Positions 28,100 to 39,600 of a stretch of DNA of 57,881 nucleotides are shown piece after piece. The notes below the pieces were generated by a model. That model was not told where the DNA came from, made no database searches, and was given only the letters and a program-made list of their open reading frames with translations. This DNA is from Mycobacteriales bacterium (lineage in GTDB: Bacteria; Actinomycetota; Actinomycetes; Mycobacteriales; QHCE01). Where the stretch lies: positions 1-57,881 of the forward strand of contig JBBSOC010000006.1 of assembly GCA_038260095.1 (NCBI GenBank). Reading direction: 5' to 3'. The position numbers and the translations under genes are program-made. Every line of letters starts with the position of its first letter. Positions within the stretch are counted from its first letter, which is position 1.

Positions 28100-29043
28100 T
28101 GATCAGCGTGGAGTTCAAGGAAATCCTCACCCACAGCGGCGAGCGCTACGCCATCCAAAATGTCATGTTCGCTACACAACAGCTCAGCGGAGCCCATAGC
28201 CTGCAATGCCTCGCGCAGAATCAACGCGCCGGCGGCGATCACGTCGACTCGCCCCGGGTGAACGGCCTTAACGGCGACCCGAGCAGCGTGCGGGGCGGTC
28301 AGTAACCAGGCAGTGATCTCGTTGACTCGCTGGGCGGAGATCCGCGCATGATGAATCCGATCGCTCTCGTACCGAGTGAGGCCTTCCGCGATCGCAACCA
28401 CGGTAGTCGCTGAACCCGCCACTCCCACCACGGTGCGAGCGCAACGTAAGAACGCGGCGCCAGTCTTCGCCATAGCGGCTCTAATTTCACGCTCCGCCGA
28501 GGTAACTTGCTCCAAAGCGGGAGGGTCGTCGCGGAAACAGCGCTCGGTGAGCCGTACCGCTCCAATGTTCATTGAGACGGCCGCGTTGGGCTTGTTGGGG
28601 GTTTCGCCGTACACCAACTCGGTAGAACCACCGCCGATATCGAGGACTAAAAATGGACCTTCAGCGGGGTCGAGCCCACCAGCTGCACCTAGGTACGACA
28701 GCCGGGCTTCTGCCTCCCCATTGAGCACAGTGACCTCAATACCCAAAACATCGCGCACCATAGAGCGCAGCTCCTCGGCGTTGGAAGCGTCGCGCACAGC
28801 GCTCGTCGCGACCATCCGAACAACCTCAACCCGGTGGAGTTTCAGCAGCTGCGCGTAGTCGACCAACACCGCGCGGGTACGCCGCAACGCCGCTTCATCC
28901 AACCGCTTAGTCCGATCTACCCCAGTACCAAGCCGGACGATCTCCATCCGCCGCAGCACGTCCGTAAGGCCATGATCGCTCACATCCGCTATCAGCAGCC
29001 GCAGCGAGTTGGTGCCGCAATCAATTGCGGCTACCCGCTGCAT
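28096..29043 (-). CDS. Ppx/GppA exopolyphosphatase
   Basis: [30 protein letters not shown]. Confidence 0.95.
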   Translation of the reverse strand: MQRVAAIDCGTNSLRLLIADVSDHGLTDVLRRMEIVRLGTGVDRTKRLDEAALRRTRAVLVDYAQLLKLHRVEVVRMVATSAVRDASNAEELRSMVRDVLGIEVTVLNGEAEARLSYLGAAGGLDPAEGPFLVLDIGGGSTELVYGETPNKPNAAVSMNIGAVRLTERCFRDDPPALEQVTSAEREIRAAMAKTGAAFLRCARTVVGVAGSATTVVAIAEGLTRYESDRIHHARISAQRVNEITAWLLTAPHAARVAVKAVHPGRVDVIAAGALILREALQAMGSAELLCSEHDILDGVALAAVGEDFLELHADQ

Positions 29044-29597
29044 GGAGTGCTTGCCGTTCCGCTGTGGACTTCCACTTCGCTCGTAGCAACACAGGCACTC
29101 GTAGTAACACAGGGTCCAGCAGCCCACCAGGTCGGAAGGCACCCCAATGCCTCGTCTCCCAGCGGGTTCACCCCTGGACCCCGAGCCAACGCATGGGCCA
29201 CTAGCGCGTGCAAGCACTTCACTCGGTTCGGCATTCCGCCAGCCGACACCTGATCAATCTCGGCCACCACACCCAGCTGGTTACGTTGCGCGAGGTAGTC
29301 CGCATGCGCCGCTGTGTAGCGCTGCGCCAGCTCGGAGTCACCTGCGAGCCGCTGCGTCATCTCTGCCATTAAGCCAGCGCTCTCCAGCCGACTCAGTGCG
29401 GCGCTAACCTTGAGACAGGTGAGATAAAACGTGGTCGGAAATGGGGTGCCATCGGCGAGCCTTGGCTTAGTCCGCACTACATCGGGCAGCCCGCATGGGC
29501 AGCGGTGCGCTACGTCAACCGCCCCTCGGGCGGGACGGCCCAGCTGCCGTTCCACCACACTGTGGTCAAGCTCGGATAGCGGTCGTGACCCGTTCAC
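29031..29597 (-). CDS. DUF501-family protein
   Basis: QLGRPARG, PRLADGTPFPTTFYLTC, AGGMPNRVKCLH. Confidence 0.93.
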   Translation of the reverse strand: MNGSRPLSELDHSVVERQLGRPARGAVDVAHRCPCGLPDVVRTKPRLADGTPFPTTFYLTCLKVSAALSRLESAGLMAEMTQRLAGDSELAQRYTAAHADYLAQRNQLGVVAEIDQVSAGGMPNRVKCLHALVAHALARGPGVNPLGDEALGCLPTWWAAGPCVTTSACVATSEVEVHSGTASTPCSG

Positions 29598-29619
29598 GAA
29601 CGCAAGCCCCTTGAGCGGA

Positions 29620-30261
29620 TTAGCTCTTCTTTCCGCTCTGCACACCTGTCCAGAGTTGTCCATACCATGCTTTTCCTGTCTTTTCTGTCCGTTCTTTTCC
29701 TTCAGTCCCGGCACCTCGGTCGGCGTGTGAATCACCAGGATCGGCGCCCTCAACGAGGTATGTCAGTTCGCCGGGTTCGACGTATTGCAGCCGTTTTCGT
29801 GCCTGTTCCCGGATATAGCCGTCATCATTCCACCGGTCGATACGTTCCTGTAGCTGCGCGATGTGCTGTTTCTGCGCCACCTGATCATCACGGTTCTGAG
29901 CAATCTGGGTACGTTGCGCCACGTACTGCCTAATGGGATACGCAAAGCTCAACATAAGCACGGCAACCACGGCGGCCAGCAGAGCCGCTCGACGCGTATA
30001 GCGGCGCTTGACGCGCGGTCGAGAGCTGCGGGTTCGCGGAGTTTTGGACGATTGATTGGCGGATGCGCCCTCCGGCTTAGTTGCCTTGGAACCCCCAGTG
30101 GTAAGCGGATGACTAGTACGAGCCGGCGGAGTACCACGGCTGGCGGAGGGTCGAGTCGGGCCAGTGCGGCGACCATCGCCTCGGCTGGGGCTAGAACTCC
30201 CGCCAGCTGGTCGCCGCACCGATGTCATAACTACTCCCGCCAAGGCTGCATCGCCGCTCAC
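29620..30261 (-). CDS. Septum formation initiator (DivIC/FtsB)
   Basis: TM helix, coiled coil, YIREQARKRLQYVEPGE; follows eno. Confidence 0.9.
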   Translation of the reverse strand: MSGDAALAGVVMTSVRRPAGGSSSPSRGDGRRTGPTRPSASRGTPPARTSHPLTTGGSKATKPEGASANQSSKTPRTRSSRPRVKRRYTRRAALLAAVVAVLMLSFAYPIRQYVAQRTQIAQNRDDQVAQKQHIAQLQERIDRWNDDGYIREQARKRLQYVEPGELTYLVEGADPGDSHADRGAGTEGKERTEKTGKAWYGQLWTGVQSGKKS

Positions 30262-30329
30262 AGCACTGAGCTGATACTAGGTGAGCATTGAGCTGATCGA
30301 CGCCCGTTCAGGCCGATCGATGCCCATCT

Positions 30330-31640
<1,311 letters not shown>

Positions 31641-31740
31641 TTATGGTCATGCTTGATAAGTTCGACATGAGCCTATCGCTACGGCGGCCCCTGCACGACT
31701 AGGACTAAACACCTATGGCAGAACCCAACGGCCTTGTAGA

Positions 31741-32130
31741 GTGACGACCATGGCAAGGCGCCGACGAAAATCCCGATGGGGGTGGAAGGCCAAAATAGCT
31801 GTAATTTCAGCAGTAGGAGCGGTTTCTGGAGTCATAGCCTTTGCTGAATCCCTACGCGGTGGAACCCCGCCAAACGACGCACTCAAAGCTGGAATGTATA
31901 TAGGCTCGGGTGCCTCCAGCCTTTTCTCTGGCCTACTCACCCCACAGCCGGGAGGTATAGCAAAGTCCATAGCGGGCACTGGTGCCGCAATCGCCATAAA
32001 CACCCGCTATCCCGATAGCCCCATTTTGGACCTATACGGTACGACGGTCAGCGCGGCTTACGCAGTGGGAGGTGCCACCCGTGGATTATGGGATCATTGG
32101 CGGCAAGAACCATCAGGACAGCGACACTAG
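31741..32130 (+). CDS. Hypothetical small membrane protein
   Basis: Basic N-terminus (RRRRK), 3-4 Gly/Ala-rich hydrophobic segments, AT-richer codons; no family recognised. Confidence 0.55.
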   Translation: MTTMARRRRKSRWGWKAKIAVISAVGAVSGVIAFAESLRGGTPPNDALKAGMYIGSGASSLFSGLLTPQPGGIAKSIAGTGAAIAINTRYPDSPILDLYGTTVSAAYAVGGATRGLWDHWRQEPSGQRH

Positions 32131-32203
32131 CGTTCGGTGGTTCGTTAGCGAAGGGTTTGGTCGAAGAACATCAGAAATAATTGATAGCGTAGAGGGGGCG
32201 ACG

Positions 32204-32506
32204 ATGAGCGTCGATACGACAATGCTTCCAGCTCATCCGGGAGAGGTGCTGAATGAGGAGTATCTGAAGCCTCTCAGCGTTAGCCAGTACCGCTTGGCTG
32301 TGGCAATTGGCGTATCGCCGCGGCGAATCAACGAGATCGTGCACGGTCAGCGCCGTATCAGCGCCGACACGGCACTGCGTCTGGCACGATTCTTTGGCAC
32401 ATCCGAGCGCTTCTGGATGAACCTCCAAAGTCGTTACGACCTGGAGACCGAAAAGGATCAACTCGCAGAAACCCTTGCCGAGATTCAGCCATTACGGGCT
32501 GCTTAG
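32204..32506 (+). CDS. higA: HigA-family antitoxin (orphan)
   Basis: HPGEVLNEEYLKPL...RRINEIVHGQRRISADTALRL...FWMNLQ; GAGGGGG RBS. Confidence 0.92.
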   Translation: MSVDTTMLPAHPGEVLNEEYLKPLSVSQYRLAVAIGVSPRRINEIVHGQRRISADTALRLARFFGTSERFWMNLQSRYDLETEKDQLAETLAEIQPLRAA

Positions 32507-32545
32507 TCGAAAGCGAGTTGTTCAGCCTCCATCCGCGGCTCGGCT

Positions 32546-33595
32546 CTACCCACCAGTACTCACCGCCTCCACGGCTCGCACTTGCCCGGCGTAGCGGTCT
32601 GCCGCGTCGCGCAGGGCGGCCTCAGCATCAAGGCTCAGCTCGCGAGCCTCAGCCACAATCGCCAACAGTAAATCGCCGAGCTGCTCACTATCGTCGGGGA
32701 CTGTAATACCAGAGGGCAACGCGGGCGCCGGGACATCTAGACCGAATTTTCCGGCCTTGCTGAGGTACTTGCGCGCTAAAGACAGTGCCGGCTGCGAGCG
32801 GGCGACCCCGTCCAGCGCTGAGCTCCGGCTCTTCTCTGCGTGCTTGATCTGCTCCCAATTCGCGAGCACCTCACCCGAGCCAGTCACCGACTCGCCGGCA
32901 AAAACATGCGGATGCCGGCTTACCAGCTTGTTCACCAAACTGGCCGCCACATCATCGATATTCCAGCGCTCGCCTTCCGGCGCGTCCTCGGCCAGCCGGG
33001 CATGAAACACCGCCTGCAGCAGCACATCGCCGAGTTCTTCAATGATGTCGTCACGGTTGCCCGATTGCACCGCGTCGTAGGCCTCATAGGCTTCTTCCAG
33101 CAAATAGGGCAGCAGCGAGGCATGTGTCTGTTCGGCGTCCCACGGACAACCGCCCGGCGACCGCAGCTGATTCATTACCTCCACCACGTCGAGCAGCCGC
33201 GCCCCTGGCGGATCCCACGAGCCATACACCAGCTCCAGCTCCGGCTGTGGTGCCGATGTCGCTGTCAGCCCTGACGACCGGAGTAGCTGCTGGCCCAAAG
33301 CCCGGGCAAAGTCTTGATCGCCGTCGGTGCCCACCAGCCACACCGCGCCGGGATCAGAACCCCCGGAGGCGATCGCCCCGTCGCGGAACTGTTGCGCCTG
33401 GGCGGCGGCCGAACCATCGAGGCCCTCGGCGCCGTCGATGATCGTGACCTTCTCGCCGGCGGAACGGACAGCTTCGACCGTTTCGGACTCAACACCGGCA
33501 AACACCGGATGGGTGCGAATGAGGTCCCACGCTTGCGCGGTCATCACACCGGCGGGTAAGCGGGGCGAGGTCGCGAGGAGGTAGAGGTTGGTCAC
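32546..33595 (-). CDS. mazG: MazG nucleoside triphosphate pyrophosphohydrolase
   Basis: GCPWDAEQTHASL, EEAYE, EELGDVLLQ, RHPHVF. Confidence 0.95.
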   Translation of the reverse strand: MTNLYLLATSPRLPAGVMTAQAWDLIRTHPVFAGVESETVEAVRSAGEKVTIIDGAEGLDGSAAAQAQQFRDGAIASGGSDPGAVWLVGTDGDQDFARALGQQLLRSSGLTATSAPQPELELVYGSWDPPGARLLDVVEVMNQLRSPGGCPWDAEQTHASLLPYLLEEAYEAYDAVQSGNRDDIIEELGDVLLQAVFHARLAEDAPEGERWNIDDVAASLVNKLVSRHPHVFAGESVTGSGEVLANWEQIKHAEKSRSSALDGVARSQPALSLARKYLSKAGKFGLDVPAPALPSGITVPDDSEQLGDLLLAIVAEARELSLDAEAALRDAADRYAGQVRAVEAVSTGG

Positions 33596-33663
33596 GCTGA
33601 GCAGCCTACTGAGCCGGGCAAGCCTGCTCGGTCCGGTGACAGCTTAACCTCCTTCTGGTCTAC

Positions 33664-33685
33664 ACATGCTAACGTAGGTGCATGT
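33664..33685. promoter_or_regulatory. Inverted repeat overlapping the vapB start (putative operator)
   Basis: ACATGC-10 nt-GCATGT. Confidence 0.45.
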
Positions 33686-33927
33686 TGTCGCATCGGCTCC
33701 AGATACTGCTAGATGATGACCGCTATGCGCGTGTCACCACGTTAGCGCAGGGGCGGGATACTTCAGTGGCAGCAGTGATACGCGAAGCCATAGATCGTGG
33801 TCTGCCAGCCACAACTGCCCGCAGATATGCCGCAGGCGAACGTATTCTTACCGCCGCACCGGAGCAGTTTGGCGATGCGGCCGAGTTAAAGACCGAACTG
33901 GACGAGCTTCGTGGCCGTCACGGGTAA
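33682..33927 (+). CDS. VapB-type RHH antitoxin
   Basis: HRLQILLDDDRY...SVAAVIREAIDR; overlaps the PIN gene. Confidence 0.88.
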   Translation: MLSHRLQILLDDDRYARVTTLAQGRDTSVAAVIREAIDRGLPATTARRYAAGERILTAAPEQFGDAAELKTELDELRGRHG

Positions 33928-34369
33928 GTCTCCTACCCTGGTGCTCGACACAACCGTGCTGTTATATGCGGTCGGCAACGACCACAGGTTCCGCGAGCCG
34001 TGCCAACGCATCGTAAAAGCAGTACAGCAGGGAGTGCTGAATGGCACCACGACCGTAGAAGTGATACAAGAGTTCACGCACGTTCGAGCACGACGACGTG
34101 ATCGCGCTGATGCCGGGCAGCTGGCATCAGCCTACATGGAACTACTGGCTCCGCTGCTTATTGTAGAGACCTCCGATCTCCGACACGGGCTACAGCTCTT
34201 CACTCAAATTCACTCGCTAGGCAGCTTTGACTGTGTGCTGGCAGCGGCGACGCAGGCAATCGGAGGCACACTGGTCTCGGCCGACGCGGCCTTCGCCGAG
34301 GCATCCCAGCTCCGCCATGTGGTGCCCGACGACGCCTCGATCACCGACCTGCTCGCATCCGTACAGTGA
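33911..34369 (+). CDS. VapC PIN-domain toxin
   Basis: LDTTVLLYA, EVIQEF, FDCVLAA, SADAAF acidic residues. Confidence 0.9.
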   Translation: MAVTGKSPTLVLDTTVLLYAVGNDHRFREPCQRIVKAVQQGVLNGTTTVEVIQEFTHVRARRRDRADAGQLASAYMELLAPLLIVETSDLRHGLQLFTQIHSLGSFDCVLAAATQAIGGTLVSADAAFAEASQLRHVVPDDASITDLLASVQ

Positions 34370-34550
34370 CCTGACGGAGCCGTGGCTGTAATTAGAGGGT
34401 TGTTCGCGGGCACTAAACGGTTGACCAAAGATCGGCTGAGCCACAAGAGCTGCGGCATTACGCGCGCTTTCGCCAGTGTGTCCGTTTCTACTGCGAGAGC
34501 GGACATTACAGCTTGCAGGCTGGTTTCGTGGAAGGGTTCGTGGTCTGTGG

Positions 34551-34861
34551 CTAACTGTTTCCGGGTCGCATGTACACGCCTGCGCGCGCTGCGATCACGG
34601 CAGCTTGGGCAGCTTGGGCAGCTTGGTCTGCCATGGTTTCGTCGATGCTGTCACCAGTGACTAGCAAATGGTAGTAGAGAGGAGCTGACACCGCGCGGAT
34701 TACCTTATGGGTATCCGTCCCTTGTGGCACCTCACCCCGTTCGATGGCCTGTTGTACGCAGGGCACCCACTCAGCAATGCGTGTGTCGTAGAAACCGTGC
34801 ATTGCGGACGCGGCGTGGGCGTCGCACATCGCCGCCGCGATGATCGATGTGAACAGCGAAT
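34551..34861 (-). pseudogene. TetR-family regulator C-terminal fragment, truncated by an IS
   Basis: AIERGEVP...AVSAPLYYHLL TetR C-terminal pattern; HTH missing; 9-bp repeat x3 at 34600-34626. Confidence 0.75.
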
Positions 34862-35199
34862 CCTGCTCGGCTGGGCCGTCGCCGACCACATGCGCACTGA
34901 CCTCGTCGAAGCCGACGAACAACACGGCGTGCGCGCTCGATGGGACGCAGCGGGGTATGCTGGGACAACGCCGCCGCCGAGACGTTCTGGTCAACACTGA
35001 AGGCCGAATTCTACAACCGGCACCGCTAGCCCACCAAAGCCGAAGCTAAACTCGCTGTCGGAACCTGGATCAAAGACCGCTACAACCACCGCCGGCGACA
35101 CTCCTCGATCAAAATGCTCACCCCCGTACGCTTCGAGAAGACTCACCCCCAGACGGCAACCGCCGCCTGACCACGCGTCCACCATCCGGGGTGAACCCA
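34862..35199 (+). mobile_element. IS3-family remnant (degraded transposase 3' part and right inverted repeat)
   Basis: [37 protein letters not shown], in-frame TAG at 35027, YNHRRRHSSI; ends GTCCACCATCCGGGGTGAACCCA. Confidence 0.9.
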
Positions 35200-35740
35200 G
35201 GACCTTTTCACATGAGGCAACGAACCCAACTACGCGGACCTTTAGATGAGTCAACGCGCTCGGCATTCCACGGGGTGCATATCACTTTGCGCGCCCACAA
35301 ACCCCTGGGATGTAGAGGCAAACCACTTCGTACAAACAGTGAAGGACGCCGGATGGGGCGAAAAGGATGTCGCCGCACTAGACCTGGAAGCGGCTGGGGG
35401 GCAAAACGCAGACCAACTTAACATCTGGGCGACGAACTGGATAAACCGAATCCGCGAACAGCTCACCGGTCGAATCCTATTCGATACAGCCCTTGGTTTT
35501 TTATTGAACCAGATGGGTGACCCGCCTGAACTGCCTGGTGCCGCTACGTTGTGGATCGCTCGATACACCACAGGGCCGGTTTACGGGCCACCACTTCGCC
35601 TCCCACGAAGTGCGCCTGATCCTCCACCGATCTGGCAGTGCTCAAATGGAACAGACGGCTGCGTTAGTGACGTACCCGGCATAGGAAGCGTTGATTACAA
35701 CCACGCAACCGATCAGGCCTTTACGGACCTATGGGGCTAG
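35200..35740 (+). pseudogene. GH25 muramidase (lysozyme) pseudogene
   Basis: GIPRGAYHFARP, then a frameshift to LDLE, LWIARY and IWQ motifs; 5' end missing next to the IS3 end. Confidence 0.8.
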
Positions 35741-35862
35741 TAGCATGGCGTCTTCGGGGCGTTCTACTAGCCTGAACAGCCCTGGCCGCCCTGCAACTTT
35801 AAACCTCTACTACTCTCACGCCGACACTCGAAGGCTACTGGTTCGGCATTGTCCGAAACCGT

Positions 35863-36168
35863 CTAAACGATGTCAGCCACCGTAGTTGTAACCAACGACG
35901 ATAATCGCTGGACTTCATAGCGACATAAAGAGTACGCCCAGCGTTGAAATAATCTTTTCGTTATCGTACAGAGTTCTATCGCTCACGACTTCTAGGCCGA
36001 AAGATTTGCCGAACGGTGGCACGCCACCTGGTTTTACGCCACTTGTAATCTCATCGACCTCTTCTTCGGTTGCAAAGCGAGTATCTTCGGCCTGAAACAG
36101 CTCTTTGACCTATTACTGTTGAACTTTTGCCCGGCAGGCATGACAAGCATGAGAAGTTTTTTACCTTC
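35863..36168 (-). pseudogene. YbaK/EbsC aminoacyl-tRNA deacylase fragment, AT-rich and frameshifted
   Basis: Translated pieces LLMLVMPAGQKFNS, RFATEEEVDEITSGVKPGGVPPFG, NEKII-NAG, AMKSSDY. Confidence 0.8.
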
Positions 36169-36505
36169 ATTCGGAATTTGGCGGAGCGGGACGCAGCCGC
36201 TCCACGATCGCTTCTACCTGAGCAACGGTCATGACGGGAACACTGTTCTCAGCCAGCCCAGTGGTAATCATATCTCGCACCACCGCTGACATAGATTTGT
36301 TTTCACGACGCGCACGCTCGCTCAAGGCGGCAGCCAGCTCGTGGCTTATGCGTACCCCCACAAACGCGCTGCGCGTGTCCATCGCGGCGGCATAAGCACC
36401 GGTAGCGACGGCTTCGCGCGCCTCAGCGACCTCAGCAACGGCAGCCTCAGCTTCTTCAGCCGCGTACGCAGCACGCACCTGCTCACCGCTCATCGTGACA
36501 GTCAT
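36167..36505 (-). CDS. CopG/RHH antitoxin-like protein
   Basis: VGVRISHELAAALSERARRENKSMSAVVRDMI. Confidence 0.75.
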   Translation of the reverse strand: MTVTMSGEQVRAAYAAEEAEAAVAEVAEAREAVATGAYAAAMDTRSAFVGVRISHELAAALSERARRENKSMSAVVRDMITTGLAENSVPVMTVAQVEAIVERLRPAPPNSE

Positions 36506-36600
36506 GATGCATCTCCCATTCGATAGGTACGAAGATCAGCGCCCCTAGCAATCCACGCGCTATACCCGCGTCCGGTCTCTGGGGCATATACACTACCAAT
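36502..36600 (-). pseudogene. C-terminal remnant of a BrnT-like toxin
   Basis: ...GYSAWIARGADLRTYRMGDAS* with ATGA overlap onto the RHH gene; no valid 5' part before the mfd stop. Confidence 0.5.
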
Positions 36601-36652
36601 GTAAAACAAAATTAAACACACGTTGTCTTTACTCTTCGTAGTGATGTTCAAG

Positions 36653-39600
36653 CTAGCCGGCGAGCGCGGGCAGTACATCGCGGCACCACGCCAGCAGTTC
36701 CGCGTCGCGCAGCGGGGTGCCGCCAATCCGTGCGGTGCTCGGCGCGGGCACCGTTACCACCTGCGACGCCTGCTTGTACACCGAGCCCGGGTACAGCCGC
36801 GCCAGCCGCATCGCACGGCTTTCGGGAAGCTGGATCGGGGCGAGTCGAATCTGCTTGCCTTGTTGCGTAATCTCAGTCACGCCCGCCTCCCGCGCCTGCA
36901 CCCGTAGCGCGGCGACCTCCAGCAGCAGCTCGACCGGTGTAGGCGCTGGACCGTATCGATCCGCCAGCTCCTCGCGCACCGCATCGATGCTGGCTGTGTT
37001 CTGCGCCTCGGCGAGCTTTCGATACATCTCCAGTCGCAGCCGTTCGCCAGTGACGTAGTCGTGCGGAATGTTGGCGTTGATCGGCAAGTCGACTTTCGTC
37101 TCCAGCACCGGCTCGGCTTTCACCTGGCCAGTTTGTGTGGCCTTGTATTCCGTAACCGCTTCGCTCACCATGCGGACATACAGATCAAAACCCACTGCGG
37201 CGATGTGACCAGACTGCTCGCCACCCAACAGGTTGCCTGCGCCCCGAATCTCCAGGTCCTTCATTGCCACGAACATGCCGGCACCCAGCTCAGAGTGCTG
37301 CGCGATGGTGGCAAGTCGTTCGTGCGCGGTCTCGGTGAGCGGGCGTTCACTCGGGTACAAAAAGTAGGCGTAAGCGCGCTCGCGGCCTCGCCCGACCCGG
37401 CCCCGGATCTGGTGCAGCTGAGAAAGCCCAAACATGTCGGCGCGCTCCACGATCAGCGTGTTGGCGTTCGGGATATCCAGGCCTGACTCCACGATGGTGG
37501 TGCAGACCAAGACGTCGTAGCGTTTCTCCCAAAACCCCAACATCACCTGCTCCAGCGCATCTTCGCTCATCTGACCGTGCCCGACGCAGACTCGCGCGGT
37601 GGGCACTAAGGAACGGATGCGGGTGGCGGCGCGATCAATAGACTCCACCCGGTTGTGCACGTAGAAAATCTGCCCGTCGCGCAACAGCTCACGCTTGATG
37701 GCCGCGGCAATCTGCTGATCGTCGTAGCCGCCGACGTAAGTCAGCACCGGGTGACGCTCCTCCGGCGGGGTTGCGATGGTCGACATCTCCCGAATGCCAG
37801 TCATCGACATCTCCAACGTTCGCGGGATTGGCGTTGCCGATAACGTCAGCACATCCACACTGGCGCGCAGCTGCTTGAGGTGTTCCTTGTGCTCCACACC
37901 GAAGCGCTGCTCTTCGTCCACAATGACCAGACCAAGATCACCGAAGCGCACGCCAGTCTGCAACAGCCGATGCGTGCCAATGACGATGTCGACGCTTCGG
38001 TCGGCCAAGCCCTCGAGCACCTTGCGGGCTTGGGCGTCGGTCTGGAAGCGCGAGAGCTGCGCGATCCGCACCGGGAACTGTGCTAGCCGCTCAGTGAACG
38101 TGCCCATGTGCTGGCGGGCCAGCAACGTTGTGGGCACCAACAGTGCCACCTGCTTGCCTTCTTGCACCGCCTTGAACGCCGCCCGCACCGCGATCTCGGT
38201 CTTGCCGTAGCCAACGTCACCAGAGATCACCCGGTCCATCGGATAGGGCTGCTCCATGTCGCGCTTGACATCATCGATCGCGACGAGCTGATCTGGAGTC
38301 TCCGTGAACGCAAATGCGTCTTCGAGCTCGCGCTGCCAGGGAGTATCAGCGGCGAATGCGTGTCCCGGAGTGGAAGTACGTGCAGCGTACAGCCGCACCA
38401 GCTCCGCGGCGATCTGTCGCACTGCCTTGCGAGCTCGCCCTTTAGACTTCTGCCAGTCCGCGCCGCCGATCCGGTGCAACGTCGGTTGTTCGCCGCCGAC
38501 GTAACGCGTGAGCAGGTCGAGCTGATCAGTGGGGACGAACACCCGGTCGCCGGGCTGTCCTCGCTTACTTGCCGCGTATTCCAGCACAAGGTATTCGCGT
38601 TCGGCTCCAGCGACACTGCGACGAATCAGCTCCACGTAACGCCCCACGCCGTGCTGTTCGTGCACCACGTAATCTCCGGGACTCAGCTGCAGCGGATCAA
38701 TAGTGTTGCGGCGTTTAGGTGCCATCCGACGGGGCGCTTCCGCCGGACGAGCACCAGTGAGGTCGGCTTCAGTGAACAGCGCCAGCCGAAGCGATCGCGC
38801 CACGAAACCGCGCTCGAACTCACCCGTCGTGACGGTGACGACTCCAGGCTGGGGTGCTACGTCCAATGACTCGACCAGCGTGGCGCCAACGCCGGCGTCG
38901 CGCAGCTGCTCGGCCGCGCGCTGCGCCGGCCCGTGCCCAGCGAAACACACTACGACCGCCCAACCGTCGCGGGCGTACTCACCAAGCTGAGCAAGCGCTC
39001 GCTCAGTGTTGCCCCCAAAGCTTGGCGAAGCCGTGGCATCAACGGGGAAAGCCGCACCTTCGTCGGACGCGAATGGACCCACCGACCACCATGGCATGCC
39101 AAGCTCGCCAGCGGTTTTCTGCACATGTTCAAGCTCACGGAAAGACGAAACCCCGACATCGATCGGACGCTGACCGCCCACGGCGGCCGCAGCCCACGAC
39201 GCTTGACGGAATTCTTCGCTGGTGGCAACCAGATCATGTGCCCGTGCCCGAACCCGCTCGGGGTCGCACACCAGCACATGGGTGCGCCGGGGCAACACGG
39301 CAAGTAGCAACTCAAGCTCGTCGGCCGCGTCCACCAACGCGGGCAACAGCGACTCCATACCCTCTACCGGAATACCCTCGGCAACCTTGGCGAGCAGCTC
39401 GATGAGCTCGGGGTGCTCACTACTCAGCTGAGCCGCACGAGCACGTATTTTGGGAGTCAGTAGCAGTTCTCGACACGGCGGCGCCAACAGTCCCCGAGGA
39501 GCAAGCTCCAACGACCGCTGATCGGCCACGCTGAAGTACCGAATCTCTTCAACCTCGTCGCCAAAGAACTCCACCCGCAGCGGGTGCTCCTCGGTCGGCG

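Noticed and set aside
32131-32203. HigB remnant upstream of higA
   Set aside because: Only a faint EIID resemblance, which is not enough to call
34600-34626. 9-bp repeat x3 (QAA) as a contingency locus
   Set aside because: It lies inside a truncated TetR pseudogene and is probably neutral slippage
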